Below, in pieces: positions 20,083 through 30,265 of a stretch of DNA of 64,000 nt; positions within the stretch are counted from its first letter, which is position 1, and every line of letters starts with the position of its first letter. The notes beneath the pieces are model-generated. The model made no database searches and was not told where the DNA came from. It saw nothing but the letters and a program-made list of their open reading frames with translations. The translations under genes were made by a program, and so were the position numbers. The stretch is from an uncultured delta proteobacterium (GTDB lineage Bacteria; Desulfobacterota; Syntrophorhabdia; Syntrophorhabdales; WCHB1-27), in assembly GCA_963810935.1 (NCBI GenBank), contig CAWEPK010000005.1, forward strand, positions 256,001 to 320,000. Direction: 5' to 3'.

Positions 20083-21227
20083 GCAGCACCCAGGTACAGC
20101 TCTTTGATTCTCCGGCCGACATGCTTCAGCGAGAAGTTTTCCGTCGCCCGTTCTCTCCCGGACGCTCCCATATCGGACATCCGGTTCCGGTTCCCTATCA
20201 TCGAGTAAATCGCGTCTCGCAGGGCTGCGCCGTCCCCCGGAGGGACGAGGATGCCCTGCCTGCCGTCTTCCACCGCCTCGGGGATACCGCCCGTCCTGGA
20301 AGCTATAACGGCCTTCCCCGATGCCATCGCCTCGAGGATGGTTATCGAGAAGGTTTCGAACAGCGAAGGAAGGACGAAGCAATCGATGGCGCCGTAAAAT
20401 GCCGGCAATGTATGATTGGGAACGGGGCCCAGCAGGTGAAAATTGGAGGGCCTCCCCTTTTTTTCTATCTCCTTTGTAAAAGACGCATCGACCGGGCCGG
20501 CGGCGAAAAACTCCGCCTTGCCCTGCATACCCCTTGCCGCTTCCATCAGCAGGTCCGTCCCTTTTGCCGGTCCCAGCCTTCCCACCGTTCCGACCCTCGG
20601 GAGGCGCCTGTCGTATAGCTCTTCGAAGGCCACCTCGCTTCTATCGGCGGGATGGAATAGCTCCGTGTCTACGCCGTTGTAAATGACCTCCACGCCCGGT
20701 TTGGCGCCGAGCCTTTTCTCGAGCTCGCCCTTGCTCCACGCCGAGCAGGTGACCATAACGTCTACCGACCTGTTTATCATACCCTTCAAATGAGCGTAAA
20801 TCGGAGAAAGCCAGGGGCCGTGGAAGTGGATGATCTTCCTTGCGCCGTTGCCTATGAAGGGGAAAATAAGGCTTTCGGTCGCGTAATTGACCGCAACCAC
20901 GTCTGACCGCCCCATCAGTTTCTTAATCGTCCCGGGAGGCGTAAGCAGGCTTAAGGCCTCGACATCGAACTCGTTCACTTTACTGCGGAGCCAGCCGCGG
21001 ATGAGGCGCCGGGAGAAGGCGGAATTCCTCGATATGTAGCGCAGAGCGTGCAACACAACGCCCGAGGACGCAAGGAGCCTCTTCGTATCGCCGGTCGGCT
21101 CTCCCTTGCCGGAAACGATATGGACTTCGCATTCACCAGACAGGACCCGCGCCGTGTTCAGCACGAACGTCTCCGCACCTCCGAAGCATGTGGCGGCCGA
21201 TCCTGATACAATGCAAACCGCCTTCAT
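20079..21227 (-). CDS. GT4 glycosyltransferase
   Basis: GGAE, IYNGVD, PSLFETFSITILEAMASG, GGIPE. Confidence 0.9.
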   Translation of the reverse strand: MKAVCIVSGSAATCFGGAETFVLNTARVLSGECEVHIVSGKGEPTGDTKRLLASSGVVLHALRYISRNSAFSRRLIRGWLRSKVNEFDVEALSLLTPPGTIKKLMGRSDVVAVNYATESLIFPFIGNGARKIIHFHGPWLSPIYAHLKGMINRSVDVMVTCSAWSKGELEKRLGAKPGVEVIYNGVDTELFHPADRSEVAFEELYDRRLPRVGTVGRLGPAKGTDLLMEAARGMQGKAEFFAAGPVDASFTKEIEKKGRPSNFHLLGPVPNHTLPAFYGAIDCFVLPSLFETFSITILEAMASGKAVIASRTGGIPEAVEDGRQGILVPPGDGAALRDAIYSMIGNRNRMSDMGASGRERATENFSLKHVGRRIKELYLGAA

Positions 21228-22201
21228 CTGCCGGCCGTCCTGCTGCGCAGCTCGCGCCGGATGCTCTCGCGCTCCAACGATTTAAAAAGTTTCCTGTAGA
21301 ACAGCCGGGCCAGCCCCTCGTGGCAGCCGCAAAGGCGCCTCGCCGCCAGTATAATGAGCGGTCTTGTTACGCTGTTGATCGCCATGTCCGCAAGGAAATA
21401 TCGTAGCCTTTTGGCCGGGGAAGAGCCTTTGTAAAACCCCACAGTCGAAAGCAGCCGTTTCAGTTGCGGTGATTTCTTGTACCAGACCGCGAGGGTTTTC
21501 CCGCTTAAGCGCGCCAGCCTGACGTAATCGTCCTCCGACAGGTAATGGTAGTGGCAGCCCCGGCACTCCTTGTCGTAGACGATCCTGAGGCCGTGATGCG
21601 AGAGCCTTTCCGCGAGCTCGATATCGTCGTTGTACCGGAGGTCTTCATCGAAAAGACCATATTTCATCAGAAAGCTTTTCTTTACGGAGATGTTGCAGGT
21701 ATAGAAGGCGTTCCAGGGCAGCTCCGTCGTATTCTCCCAGAGGGCGTAGGCGGAATCGAGGTGCAGGCCGGCAAAGAGCGACGGAGGCAGGTCGGGAGAG
21801 ATGGTGACGTTCCCGAGGAATGCGCACGGTTCATCCGCATATGTGAGATGCGCGGCCAGATGTCTTGCAACGACGTCGGGCGCTGCTATCGTATCGTCGT
21901 TCAGGAAAAGCAGGATATTGCCGCGGCAGCATTTGATCGCCCTGTTGCGCGCAGCGTTCTGTCCGGAATTTTCCTGCCTGATGAATTGAAGGTCGAGGCT
22001 GCTTTCCGCCGAAAAACAGCGAACGACTTCCGCAGTCTCGTCGGCAGATCCGTCGTCCACAACGATTACCTCGAAGGCGTCCTTCGGCGCGGTCTGCCCT
22101 TCCAGGGCTTGCAGGCACTTCAGGAGGGTTTGCGCCCGGTTATACGTCGGGACGATAACGGTAAGCTTGTTTGCGGCGCTGTCGTCTGTCATATCAGCCA
22201 T
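21224..22201 (-). CDS. GT2 glycosyltransferase
   Basis: VIVPTYNR, VVDDGS.D, ARN, FLNDD. Confidence 0.9.
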   Translation of the reverse strand: MADMTDDSAANKLTVIVPTYNRAQTLLKCLQALEGQTAPKDAFEVIVVDDGSADETAEVVRCFSAESSLDLQFIRQENSGQNAARNRAIKCCRGNILLFLNDDTIAAPDVVARHLAAHLTYADEPCAFLGNVTISPDLPPSLFAGLHLDSAYALWENTTELPWNAFYTCNISVKKSFLMKYGLFDEDLRYNDDIELAERLSHHGLRIVYDKECRGCHYHYLSEDDYVRLARLSGKTLAVWYKKSPQLKRLLSTVGFYKGSSPAKRLRYFLADMAINSVTRPLIILAARRLCGCHEGLARLFYRKLFKSLERESIRRELRSRTAGR

Positions 22202-22213
22202 TTGGAAACACGT

Positions 22214-23348
22214 TTATCGGGCGCCCCGCGCGACGGCCTCAAAGACCCGCGCCACGTCGTGCGCCGCCGACTCCCACGTGAAGCGGCCGGCCCTATCCAG
22301 ACCCTTGTTTATGCACTTCCGGCGAAAGACATCGTCGGATAAGATTCTTTCCATGGCGCCTGTCAGGGCATCGACGCTGCCGGGCCTCACGAGCAGGCCC
22401 GCGTCCCCCACGACTTCGGGTAGTGAAGTGCAGTCGGAGCTGACAACCGGGCAGCCGCACGCCATAGCCTCGAGGCACGGCAGGCCGAACCCTTCGTAAA
22501 GCGACGGATAAGCAAAAACGTCCGCAAGGCCGTACAGCGCGGGCAGGTGGGCATGCGGGACAAGACCCGTGAATTTAATCTCTTTCGCGTACGGGGAGCC
22601 GGTGATGGCCGCCTCATCCTCTGCCGGCAAAAAATCCCTGGGGCCCGTTATAACGAGACTGTGTCCGTACCCTTTAGCCTTCAGTGCGTCGAAGGACTTG
22701 ACCAGCCCCGTAAGGTTCTTTCTCCTGTTGATGCGGCCGACGAAGAGAATATACCGCTCGCCGCCTGAAATGGCGTATCTCTCGATGGTCCGTCTCGCCG
22801 CCGCCCTGTCTTCGACGGGCCTGAAAACCGGATCGACTCCGTTGTAGCTCACATATATGCGGCCGGGCGGCAGGTGATAGGCATCCGCGATCTCGCGGCG
22901 CGAATATTCGGAGACCGTGAGGACGGCGCGCGCCCTCCGGGCAAAAAACGGCACAAGAAGACGGTCTTTGACCCTGTCGAATGCGGAAAAGCTGTCGGGC
23001 ACATGGAGGTAGGAAAGGTCGTGTACTGTCAGAATAAGCTTTCCCCTGTAAATGGGCGGGCCGTAATAGGTGGCGTGGAGGAGGTCGATTGCGTCCCTGA
23101 ACGTCTGAAGGCCCAACAGGGGCATGCGGACGAAGGGAGACGGTGAGGGGACGACGCGCAAGTGCACGTTTGGAAGCCCCCCGAGCCTGCTGTAATAGGG
23201 GTTGGACGCGTCGGTGATATAGAGGAAGTATTCATGCCCCGGGGCAATCCGCACCAGTTGCTCGACGATATTCCTTATATAAGTGCAGTTGCCCGTTCCC
23301 TCCCGCTCTGCCGCATGAAAATCGATTCCGATGCGCGAGGAGACTCAA
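22214..23348 (-). CDS. GT4 glycosyltransferase (+1 frameshift at ~23343 just after the TTG start)
   Basis: Removing one base from GAGTCTC restores TTG-SSSRIGIDFHAAERE.TGNCTY; RKN and YPSLYEGFGLP.LEAM motifs. Confidence 0.88.
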
Positions 23349-24289
23349 GGCGACGTGCCCGTATTCGGGAAATGCGCCAGGACAAGCTTCAGGTACTGCC
23401 CCATTCTGCGCCCCTTTTCCCTGGCCTTCTGGTCCCTCGATGCCATAAACCACAGTTTGTAAAGCGCCGCTCTGAGGGCGAAGTTGACGCAGAACAGGAT
23501 ATCGAACAGCACCAGTCCTTTGCCGCTGTTGTATCGCCCGTACAGGCTGCGCATATTCTCGAGCCACGCGAAGGAGAGGCCCCCGTTTACCGGGGCCGCC
23601 CTCGTCGCCCCCTGAAGATGGACGATGCTCAGGCCCGGCAGGTAGAATATTCTGTGCCCCGACGCCCGCATGCGGCACCCCCATTCCACGTCGTCGGCAT
23701 ACAGAAAAATGCTCTCGTCCATCATTCCCACTTCCGGGAGGATGGAGCGCCTGACGAGGAAATCGGCGCCGCAGATCCAATCGACTTCCATGGGCCCTCT
23801 GAAGCCGGAATAGTTCAGGTATAGGGTCTTTACACCTGGGACAATTTTCGACAGGAAGAGGGCATAGCTCGCCACGCTCGCGAGGGTGGGCCTGAAACCG
23901 GCGTCCCCTACCTGGTGGCTGCCGTCCGGGAAAATGAGCCTGCACCCGCTCGCGGACGCCTGCGGGTGCTCGTCCATGAAACGCAGCCAGGCGGCCAGCG
24001 TGTGCCGGTCCGGCATCACGGTATCGGGGTTAAGGAGGAGGACGTACTCCCCCGAGGCCTTCTCCAGCGCCAGATTGTTTGCCTTGGTGAACCCCAGGTT
24101 TTCGGCGGCCACCACCAGATCGACCCGGGGGAATTGCCTGCGTACCATGTCTACCGACCCGTCGGTCGATGCATTATCGACGACGATCACTTCAAACGGG
24201 GCAGACAGGTCCTGGCTGAAGAGAGAGTCGAGGCACTGACCGAGCAGCTCCGCTGTATTCCAGTTTACAAGGACGACGGAGAGCTTCAT
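23345..24289 (-). CDS. GT2 glycosyltransferase (rhamnosyltransferase-like)
   Basis: MKLSVVLVNWN, VDNAS.DGS, NLGF..ANN, LLNPD, F.YADDVEW. Confidence 0.9.
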   Translation of the reverse strand: MKLSVVLVNWNTAELLGQCLDSLFSQDLSAPFEVIVVDNASTDGSVDMVRRQFPRVDLVVAAENLGFTKANNLALEKASGEYVLLLNPDTVMPDRHTLAAWLRFMDEHPQASASGCRLIFPDGSHQVGDAGFRPTLASVASYALFLSKIVPGVKTLYLNYSGFRGPMEVDWICGADFLVRRSILPEVGMMDESIFLYADDVEWGCRMRASGHRIFYLPGLSIVHLQGATRAAPVNGGLSFAWLENMRSLYGRYNSGKGLVLFDILFCVNFALRAALYKLWFMASRDQKAREKGRRMGQYLKLVLAHFPNTGTSP

Positions 24290-24293
24290 ACCG

Positions 24294-24334
24294 CAATTAT
24301 CGGGGCTCAGCGCCCCCTCGCCGGGCGAAGCCTC
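24294..24334 (-). repeat. degenerate copy (D) of the three-hairpin intergenic element
   Basis: Plus strand caattatcggggctcagcgccccctcgccgggcgaagcctc matches the ends of copies A and B (caattattggggc..gccccctc…gcctc). Confidence 0.6.
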
Positions 24335-24392
24335 GACCCTTCCCTCCTTACGTCGGGCGGGTTCTGCCCCGCCCGCGCGGAGGAGGGGGTGG

Positions 24393-25877
24393 CTACGAGC
24401 CGGGCCCTTCGTCATCGCTTGCGTACCTGATGGATATGGCGCCAATGAGACCCATCAGGCTGTAGAAAAGCATCGACGTACTCATAAGCATGCGAAAGCC
24501 CGGGTCGACGAATCCATGAATCGCGTGGGCTACCATACCAGCGATGGCCCCGATTACTACGGCCCTCTCCCAGGGCCCCGCCCTCACCAGGCATTTCAGC
24601 CCGACAAAGAAGGATGAAAGGAAGAGCCCGCAGAAGGCGACAAGGCCGATTGTGCCCGTCTCGCACCACACCCACAGGTAAAGGTTGTGGACGACGTGCT
24701 GGACGTCGCCTTCATCCTTAAAAACCGACGAGCCGCCCGTTGTATCGTAAGTCCTGAAAACCCTGGCAAAGTTATTGAGGCCGACCCCGGTAATCGGGAA
24801 TTGCCTGACGATCGAGAAGGCGGCTGTATTCAGCGGCCGCCTCGACCTTGCCGACACGTCCTCGAAAGTAAGGCGGCTCCGGATAGCGGGGACCACGACA
24901 AGAACGAACGTCAGGGTAACGAGGAATAGCCCCGGTATCAGGTAAGCATACGCCTTCGGCTGCGCCAGCTTTTTGGCGTAGACGACAAAGAACACGAGGG
25001 GGAGGGACAAGGGAAGCGTAATCCACGCCCCCCTCGACATCGTAGTGACTATACCGACTATGCCGGCAACCACGGCAATCAGATAAAACAGCTTGAGAAA
25101 CGCCCGTTCCTCGACCAGGAACATGGCGAATGCAAATGGGATAAGCATCTCGAAATAGTAGGCCATTACGTTCGGATGGCCGATCGTCCCTCCGGCCCTC
25201 GTGAGAAAAGACCAGTACACGGGGGCAAGCCTCTCTCCCAGCACTGTAAGGCCGAGGGCCTGGCCGGTCCTGTACTGGTAAAAAGCGATGGCCGACTCCA
25301 GTATGAGGCCGAGGGCCAGGGAAAAGATGAACGTCGATATCTGCTCCTTGCCCTTGAGGTTCATGATAATGAAGAAAATAAGGAACAGCATCGTCAGGCG
25401 GACGAGCTCCAGGACGACCAGCTCCGGGGAGCTTGCGTTATAGAAGCTCAGGCAGCCTGCCATCATATACAGGATAGGCGCCCATAAAAGATATTTGTCG
25501 TAACGGAAAAGCGGGCCGGAAGCCGCGCGGCCGTGCTGGTACCAAAAAATAACGTACAGGACGAACGCGCTAAGGAGGGTGACCCCGATATCGACGCTCG
25601 TGACACCGACGTAGGCACGGTAAAAGAGGTTGACATCAAGGTTGAACGGGATGCCGAGACCCAAAAAGAGCAGGGCCCATCGCGCGATCCCCTGCTGCGA
25701 GGAAAAATAAGAGAGAAAGATTACGCCGGCCAGTATAAAGGAGACGGCGAAAACCGACTTGAATCCGTATTGCGCCAGGGTGATGGCGAGGACCACGGAA
25801 ATCGATCCGAGGATAAAGGAAACGAAGGCCTTTAAATAGGCCCTTTCTACGGGGGGTGTTGTCTCTCGATAATGCAT
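24393..25877 (-). CDS. O-antigen ligase family / Wzy-like polymerase
   Basis: About 12 TMs; RAGGTIGHPN, TMSRGAW, PITGVG.NNF, VHNLYL...ETG. Confidence 0.85.
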   Translation of the reverse strand: MHYRETTPPVERAYLKAFVSFILGSISVVLAITLAQYGFKSVFAVSFILAGVIFLSYFSSQQGIARWALLFLGLGIPFNLDVNLFYRAYVGVTSVDIGVTLLSAFVLYVIFWYQHGRAASGPLFRYDKYLLWAPILYMMAGCLSFYNASSPELVVLELVRLTMLFLIFFIIMNLKGKEQISTFIFSLALGLILESAIAFYQYRTGQALGLTVLGERLAPVYWSFLTRAGGTIGHPNVMAYYFEMLIPFAFAMFLVEERAFLKLFYLIAVVAGIVGIVTTMSRGAWITLPLSLPLVFFVVYAKKLAQPKAYAYLIPGLFLVTLTFVLVVVPAIRSRLTFEDVSARSRRPLNTAAFSIVRQFPITGVGLNNFARVFRTYDTTGGSSVFKDEGDVQHVVHNLYLWVWCETGTIGLVAFCGLFLSSFFVGLKCLVRAGPWERAVVIGAIAGMVAHAIHGFVDPGFRMLMSTSMLFYSLMGLIGAISIRYASDDEGPGS

Positions 25878-25916
25878 ATGCTTGCTACGACACAAAAGGG
25901 ATAAAACGCGGTGCGG

Positions 25917-26660
25917 TTACAACCTCTTGTAGATGGCCTCCGGAATCACGAACCTCTGTTTGTTGAGGATGGCGCCCAGGATACGCACATTGGCGCTTTC
26001 CAGCTCCCTCTTGGCCGATCTCGCAACCTCCCATCGCGTTTTGCCTGCCTGTATCACCATGATCAACCCGTCCATCTTGCTTGCCACAAGCAGGCTTTCC
26101 GGGCTTCCAAGGATTGAAGAAGAATCGAAGATAATCAGGTCGAACCGGTCGCGCAGTTTTTGCATGATCGTAGAAAACTTTGCCGATTCATACAGGGCGA
26201 CGGGGTTATCGAACGTTTGCCCGGCTTGCATGAAATAGAACCTTTTGAAAGCGACTTCACTGGCCGCGTCCTCTACGTCGCCCTTGCCCTGGATCAGGTC
26301 GACCAGTCCTTTCTTCCTTTTCTTTACTTCGAACTGGTAGTGCAGGATGGGCGCTCTTAAATTGCCGTCGATGAGGATAACGCTTTTCGGGCAGCTTGTG
26401 GCGAAGGCCGTCGCGAAGTTGAAGGCCATCGTGGACGCGCCTTCCCCTCCCCTTATGCCGGCGACAGCTATCGCGAACCCCTTCTTTCCCTTGGCCGCCC
26501 TGGTGTTTCCTTCATGTTCCCTGACGGCGCCCTCCCTGTCCGCCTGCATCAGGAGCTTCCACAGCACCTTATAGAAATGGTCATGCATGAACGTCAGGTT
26601 GCGAAGCTGACTGCCGCCGAGCCAGCCGAGCATGGGCATTTCTTTTTCCTGGTACGCCAT
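25917..26660 (-). CDS. CpsD/CapB-family BY-kinase-like protein with degenerate Walker motifs (pseudokinase)
   Basis: GEGAST, LIDGNLR, IIFDSS, ILGAILNK...IPEAIYKRL. Confidence 0.85.
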   Translation of the reverse strand: MAYQEKEMPMLGWLGGSQLRNLTFMHDHFYKVLWKLLMQADREGAVREHEGNTRAAKGKKGFAIAVAGIRGGEGASTMAFNFATAFATSCPKSVILIDGNLRAPILHYQFEVKKRKKGLVDLIQGKGDVEDAASEVAFKRFYFMQAGQTFDNPVALYESAKFSTIMQKLRDRFDLIIFDSSSILGSPESLLVASKMDGLIMVIQAGKTRWEVARSAKRELESANVRILGAILNKQRFVIPEAIYKRL

Positions 26661-26788
26661 CGATTCACCGTTGTTTCGACTGCGGACAGGCATCTGTTAC
26701 AACCTCACGCCCGGGAGTCGCACTTCTTTCCCGGTCCCTTCATAAACGAAGCGGCGTTCGTAAGCATAGAGCATAAAGCAAAAGCCTC

Positions 26789-28817
26789 TCATTTCCGGAC
26801 CTCACTGTAAGGGCCGGTATTTCCACTGCCCGGCCTCGGCGTGCCGCCGTTGATATCGGCGCCCTGAGGCTGTGCACCCCTCAATTGCACCTCCATCTGG
26901 CCTCTGACCCGCTGAAGCTCCGCATCTATCTCGGCCCGCTCCTTTTCAAGCGTAGCGCGCCGCTGCTCCAGATCGTCTGCATGCACGTGCATCTCATCCC
27001 CCCCGACGGCAGCGCTCGGCGCGGCCTGCTTGGGGCGATCTTCACCGAGGAGGGCAGCGGGGTACACGGACGCAAGGGCGACCTGCCCGTAAGGCGACGC
27101 GCTCCGGCTCCCCGCCTGGGCGGTAAGGATAGATTCACTCAGCACCACGGGGTTCTTATGCTCGTATAGCATATAGCTGCCCATCCCTACCCCGAGCATC
27201 ACGAAGAAGATCAGCATATTCATGCCGCCGGGCATAAAGGAGCCGCGCTGCGGCTGCGGAGCCGGCTGCATTTGATTGTCACGCCCGAAGGCCCTGCGCA
27301 AGTTTTCCAACCCTCTTTTCACCCCCTGACTGACGGGTTGCAATTCGGGTCCGATCAGGAGCGGCATTGAAAGCAGGAGGGGGACGCCGAGGACATCTAC
27401 AATATCCTCGTTGCCCCTGAACGTATGGTTGAAGAACTCGTTCACCGCCGAGAAGCCGAATCCCAGCAGGAGGCCGACGAGGGCAGAGATAAGCACGATA
27501 AGGTTCTTCTTGGGATAAGAAGCCGTCAGCGGCGGGATCGCGGGCATCGCTATTTTCACGTCGGAGATGCGCCGCGAGTCGAGGTCGTCGGAGATGCGCA
27601 GGTCTTCCGCTTTCTTCTTATAGATCTGGTAGTTCTGCTCCGTGAGGTCCCTCTCCCTCTCGAGTCTGTCTCAGCGAGACCGTCTTAAGGTTGATGTCCT
27701 CTATCTTCTTCTTCGAATTGTCCAGTTCACGCTCCAGGCTGGCTTTCCTCGTCTGGAGGAGAGAAAGGTCCAGGTTCGATATGTTGATGAGGCTCTCGGT
27801 CTTCTGCCTGCGCAGGCCGGCTATCTGGCCGTCGATCGCCTTGATCTCGTCCGATTTCGTCGTGTAGAACTTCAGCATCCTCTCGCGTTCAGCCCGGAGA
27901 CGGAAGTACGACTCATCGATCGCGCGCAGGTACGTCTGTTTATCGACTGTAAGCGAGCCCAGCTCCGGTGTCTCGACCCATCCCCGGCTGCCTGCCATCT
28001 CTCTTATCTTGCTCATCTTTGTCTGGGACTGCGAATAATCGACCGTCACAACGTTCAACTGGGTCTGCAGGTCCGCCATGCTGCGCAACAGAAGCTCTTT
28101 CTGGAGGACGATGTTGGCTATGTTCGTGCCCGAGAGGAAGTTCTGAAGCTTGTCCTCTGCATCCCTCAGCTTCTTCTCGAACAGTGTTATCTGGTCTATG
28201 TAGAAGCGGTACGATTTCTGAGATTCGTAAACGAGCATATGCTGCGTCACGAACTCATCGGCGTAGACATTCGCCACGACGGCGGCGAACTTGGGGTCGG
28301 TCCAATCGAAGGCGACCGAGATCATGTCCGTATCTTCGAGGTACGTTACATGGAGTGCGTTAAGGAACGCCATGACGGTGCCTTTTTCAGGACCCACCGG
28401 CCTCGAAGAAAAACCCACCAGGGATAGGAGGTTCCCGACCACATTTTTGATGCCTTCGAAGATTCTGCCGACGATCGACTCATCCGTCTTTAGGGGCTCG
28501 ATCCTGTCCTTCAGCCGGGCGATTACCTTCTCGGTAAGGTACTGGCCCTTGAGAAGCTCCATCTCGTTGCGGATGTTCTGCGTCCTTTCCTGGAAAACGA
28601 CATTGTACATTTCCGGCCGGAATTGCTCCATCGACGATACCTGGGGCTTGCCCATCTTGACGAGGAGCTTCGTTTCCGCCCGGTATACCGGCGGGGTAAT
28701 TACGCAGTAAACGAGAGACATAACGATGGCCGTCAGAAAGACGGTAGTAATGACGACCCTATTCTTAAAAAAGATATAGAGTACGTCCCTGGCGGTCAGT
28801 AATTTCTTTGCTTCCAT
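26789..28817 (-). CDS. polysaccharide co-polymerase (GumC/Wzc-type, no fused kinase; +1 frameshift at 27665)
   Basis: N-terminal TM plus PVYRAETKLLV, coiled coil; halves join as SLRQ|LERERDLTEQNYQIY; Pro-rich second TM (AMPAIPP...PKK). Confidence 0.85.
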
Positions 28818-28887
28818 TTCCCTTCTCCCGTCTCTACCCCGCCCTTCGTGAGAGCCAAAGGACCAGACGGCGTTCCGCTAAAGCCCA

Positions 28888-30222
28888 TTATAGCCGCCCG
28901 TAATCAACAAGCAGGTAGCCGCTGGGACTGACAACGACGGCCTCGGGCTTCACTTTCAAGACTTCGTCCGCCATAACGCCGATCCGGTAACTCCCAAAAA
29001 TCTTGTAGGCGTAAATGCCTATGCCGAGAGGATGTGTACCTATGCGCCTTATATCGGTTTTCAAGCGCCTGTCCGAGGGGGTCGTCGTGACGATCGTGGG
29101 CTGGTGGAGCACGTAGGCGAACCCAAGCGACGCGCTCTCGCCCTGATACAGGAAAAGCTGCTTAATATACTGGTCAACCCACATATCCATCTTCGCGATG
29201 GTCGTCTTCGGCACGTAGATAACGGCGTTGTTGGGCACGATCATATCCTGCTCGAGGCTCAGGCCGCTGAACATCTTGAATAAGTCCATCGTGCGCACCA
29301 TCGGCTCGTTCTTCTCGTTCCAGTACAGGATCTTCACGTTCTTGAGCGTGCCCGTCGGCGACACGCCGCCTGCCTGCGCGATAGCCTGCAGCACGGTCGT
29401 AGGCTTCGGCAGCGGCACCGGGCCGGGCCGCGGCACTTCGCCGAAGACGAACGCCCTGCTCCCCCCCAGGCTGTCGATCAGGACCGACACTGTCAGGTTG
29501 TTGAACTCGTACCGGTATTCGTTGTTGATGGCGTCGTTCAGCTCGTCGATGGTCCTGTTCGCCGCCTTTACAGGCTTGAGGAGAGGCAGGTAGACGTTTC
29601 CGTCGGGGCCTATCGGGAAGAGCTTCGCCTGACCTCTCGGGGCATTCGTGATCGCCTTCTGTAGCTCGGTGATCTTTGAGGAGTATTTGTTGACGCTAAC
29701 CGTAATGATAGGCTTGTTGAGAATATCGGAGTAGGTCTTCCCCACGTTCGAGGCAAGCTCTTCCGGCCTTAAGCCCGCAGCCATGAAATCGCCCTTGATG
29801 GGCAGGGTAATTTTACCGTCCGGCCGGACGACGACGGTGCGGTTGATCTGTGGCTGGTAGAAGAAATCGACGTTCAGCTCGTCGTTCACGCCGATCCTGT
29901 AAGCCTGCGTCTCCGATACGAGCGAGAGGTGGTACATCACCTCGAGGCTGTCTCCGGGGGACAACCTGTAGCGCGTAAGGCCGTCTTTAGCCTCTCTTAT
30001 CAGGTTTTGCCGCAGCTTGGCTTTTTCGGCCTCGGGGAGGCTCTCGGTATCGGGAAGGCGAACCATCTCGCCGTCGGGCATACGCTTCACCTCACCGGTG
30101 CGAACCGGGGTGCATCCGCCAAAGACGACAAAAAGAGACAGGGCTGCTACAGGCAGGAATGATGAAAAACCTATGTATAACAATCTTTTCAAATTCAGCG
30201 GCGCATACAAAGAGCAACGCAT
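28888..30222 (-). CDS. OPX/Wza polysaccharide export lipoprotein with a C-terminal peptidase S74-like domain
   Basis: Lipobox FGGC; YRIGVND.L.V, VRPDGKITLP, FVFGEV.RPG, LQAIAQAGG; tail PSDRRLKTDI...GVMADEV...VDY. Confidence 0.88.
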   Translation of the reverse strand: MRCSLYAPLNLKRLLYIGFSSFLPVAALSLFVVFGGCTPVRTGEVKRMPDGEMVRLPDTESLPEAEKAKLRQNLIREAKDGLTRYRLSPGDSLEVMYHLSLVSETQAYRIGVNDELNVDFFYQPQINRTVVVRPDGKITLPIKGDFMAAGLRPEELASNVGKTYSDILNKPIITVSVNKYSSKITELQKAITNAPRGQAKLFPIGPDGNVYLPLLKPVKAANRTIDELNDAINNEYRYEFNNLTVSVLIDSLGGSRAFVFGEVPRPGPVPLPKPTTVLQAIAQAGGVSPTGTLKNVKILYWNEKNEPMVRTMDLFKMFSGLSLEQDMIVPNNAVIYVPKTTIAKMDMWVDQYIKQLFLYQGESASLGFAYVLHQPTIVTTTPSDRRLKTDIRRIGTHPLGIGIYAYKIFGSYRIGVMADEVLKVKPEAVVVSPSGYLLVDYGRL

Positions 30223-30253
30223 GTGGGCTGCACCTTTTATCCTCCAAGCAGGA

Positions 30254-30265
30254 AAGCTACCGCCC
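30254..30265 (-). promoter_or_regulatory. ops-like (JUMPstart) antitermination site in the EPS operon leader
   Basis: GGGCGGTAGCTT on the sense strand ~32 nt before the first start codon; hairpin CGAGG-TGTA-CCTCG and a TTGACA (30342-30347) upstream. Confidence 0.55.
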
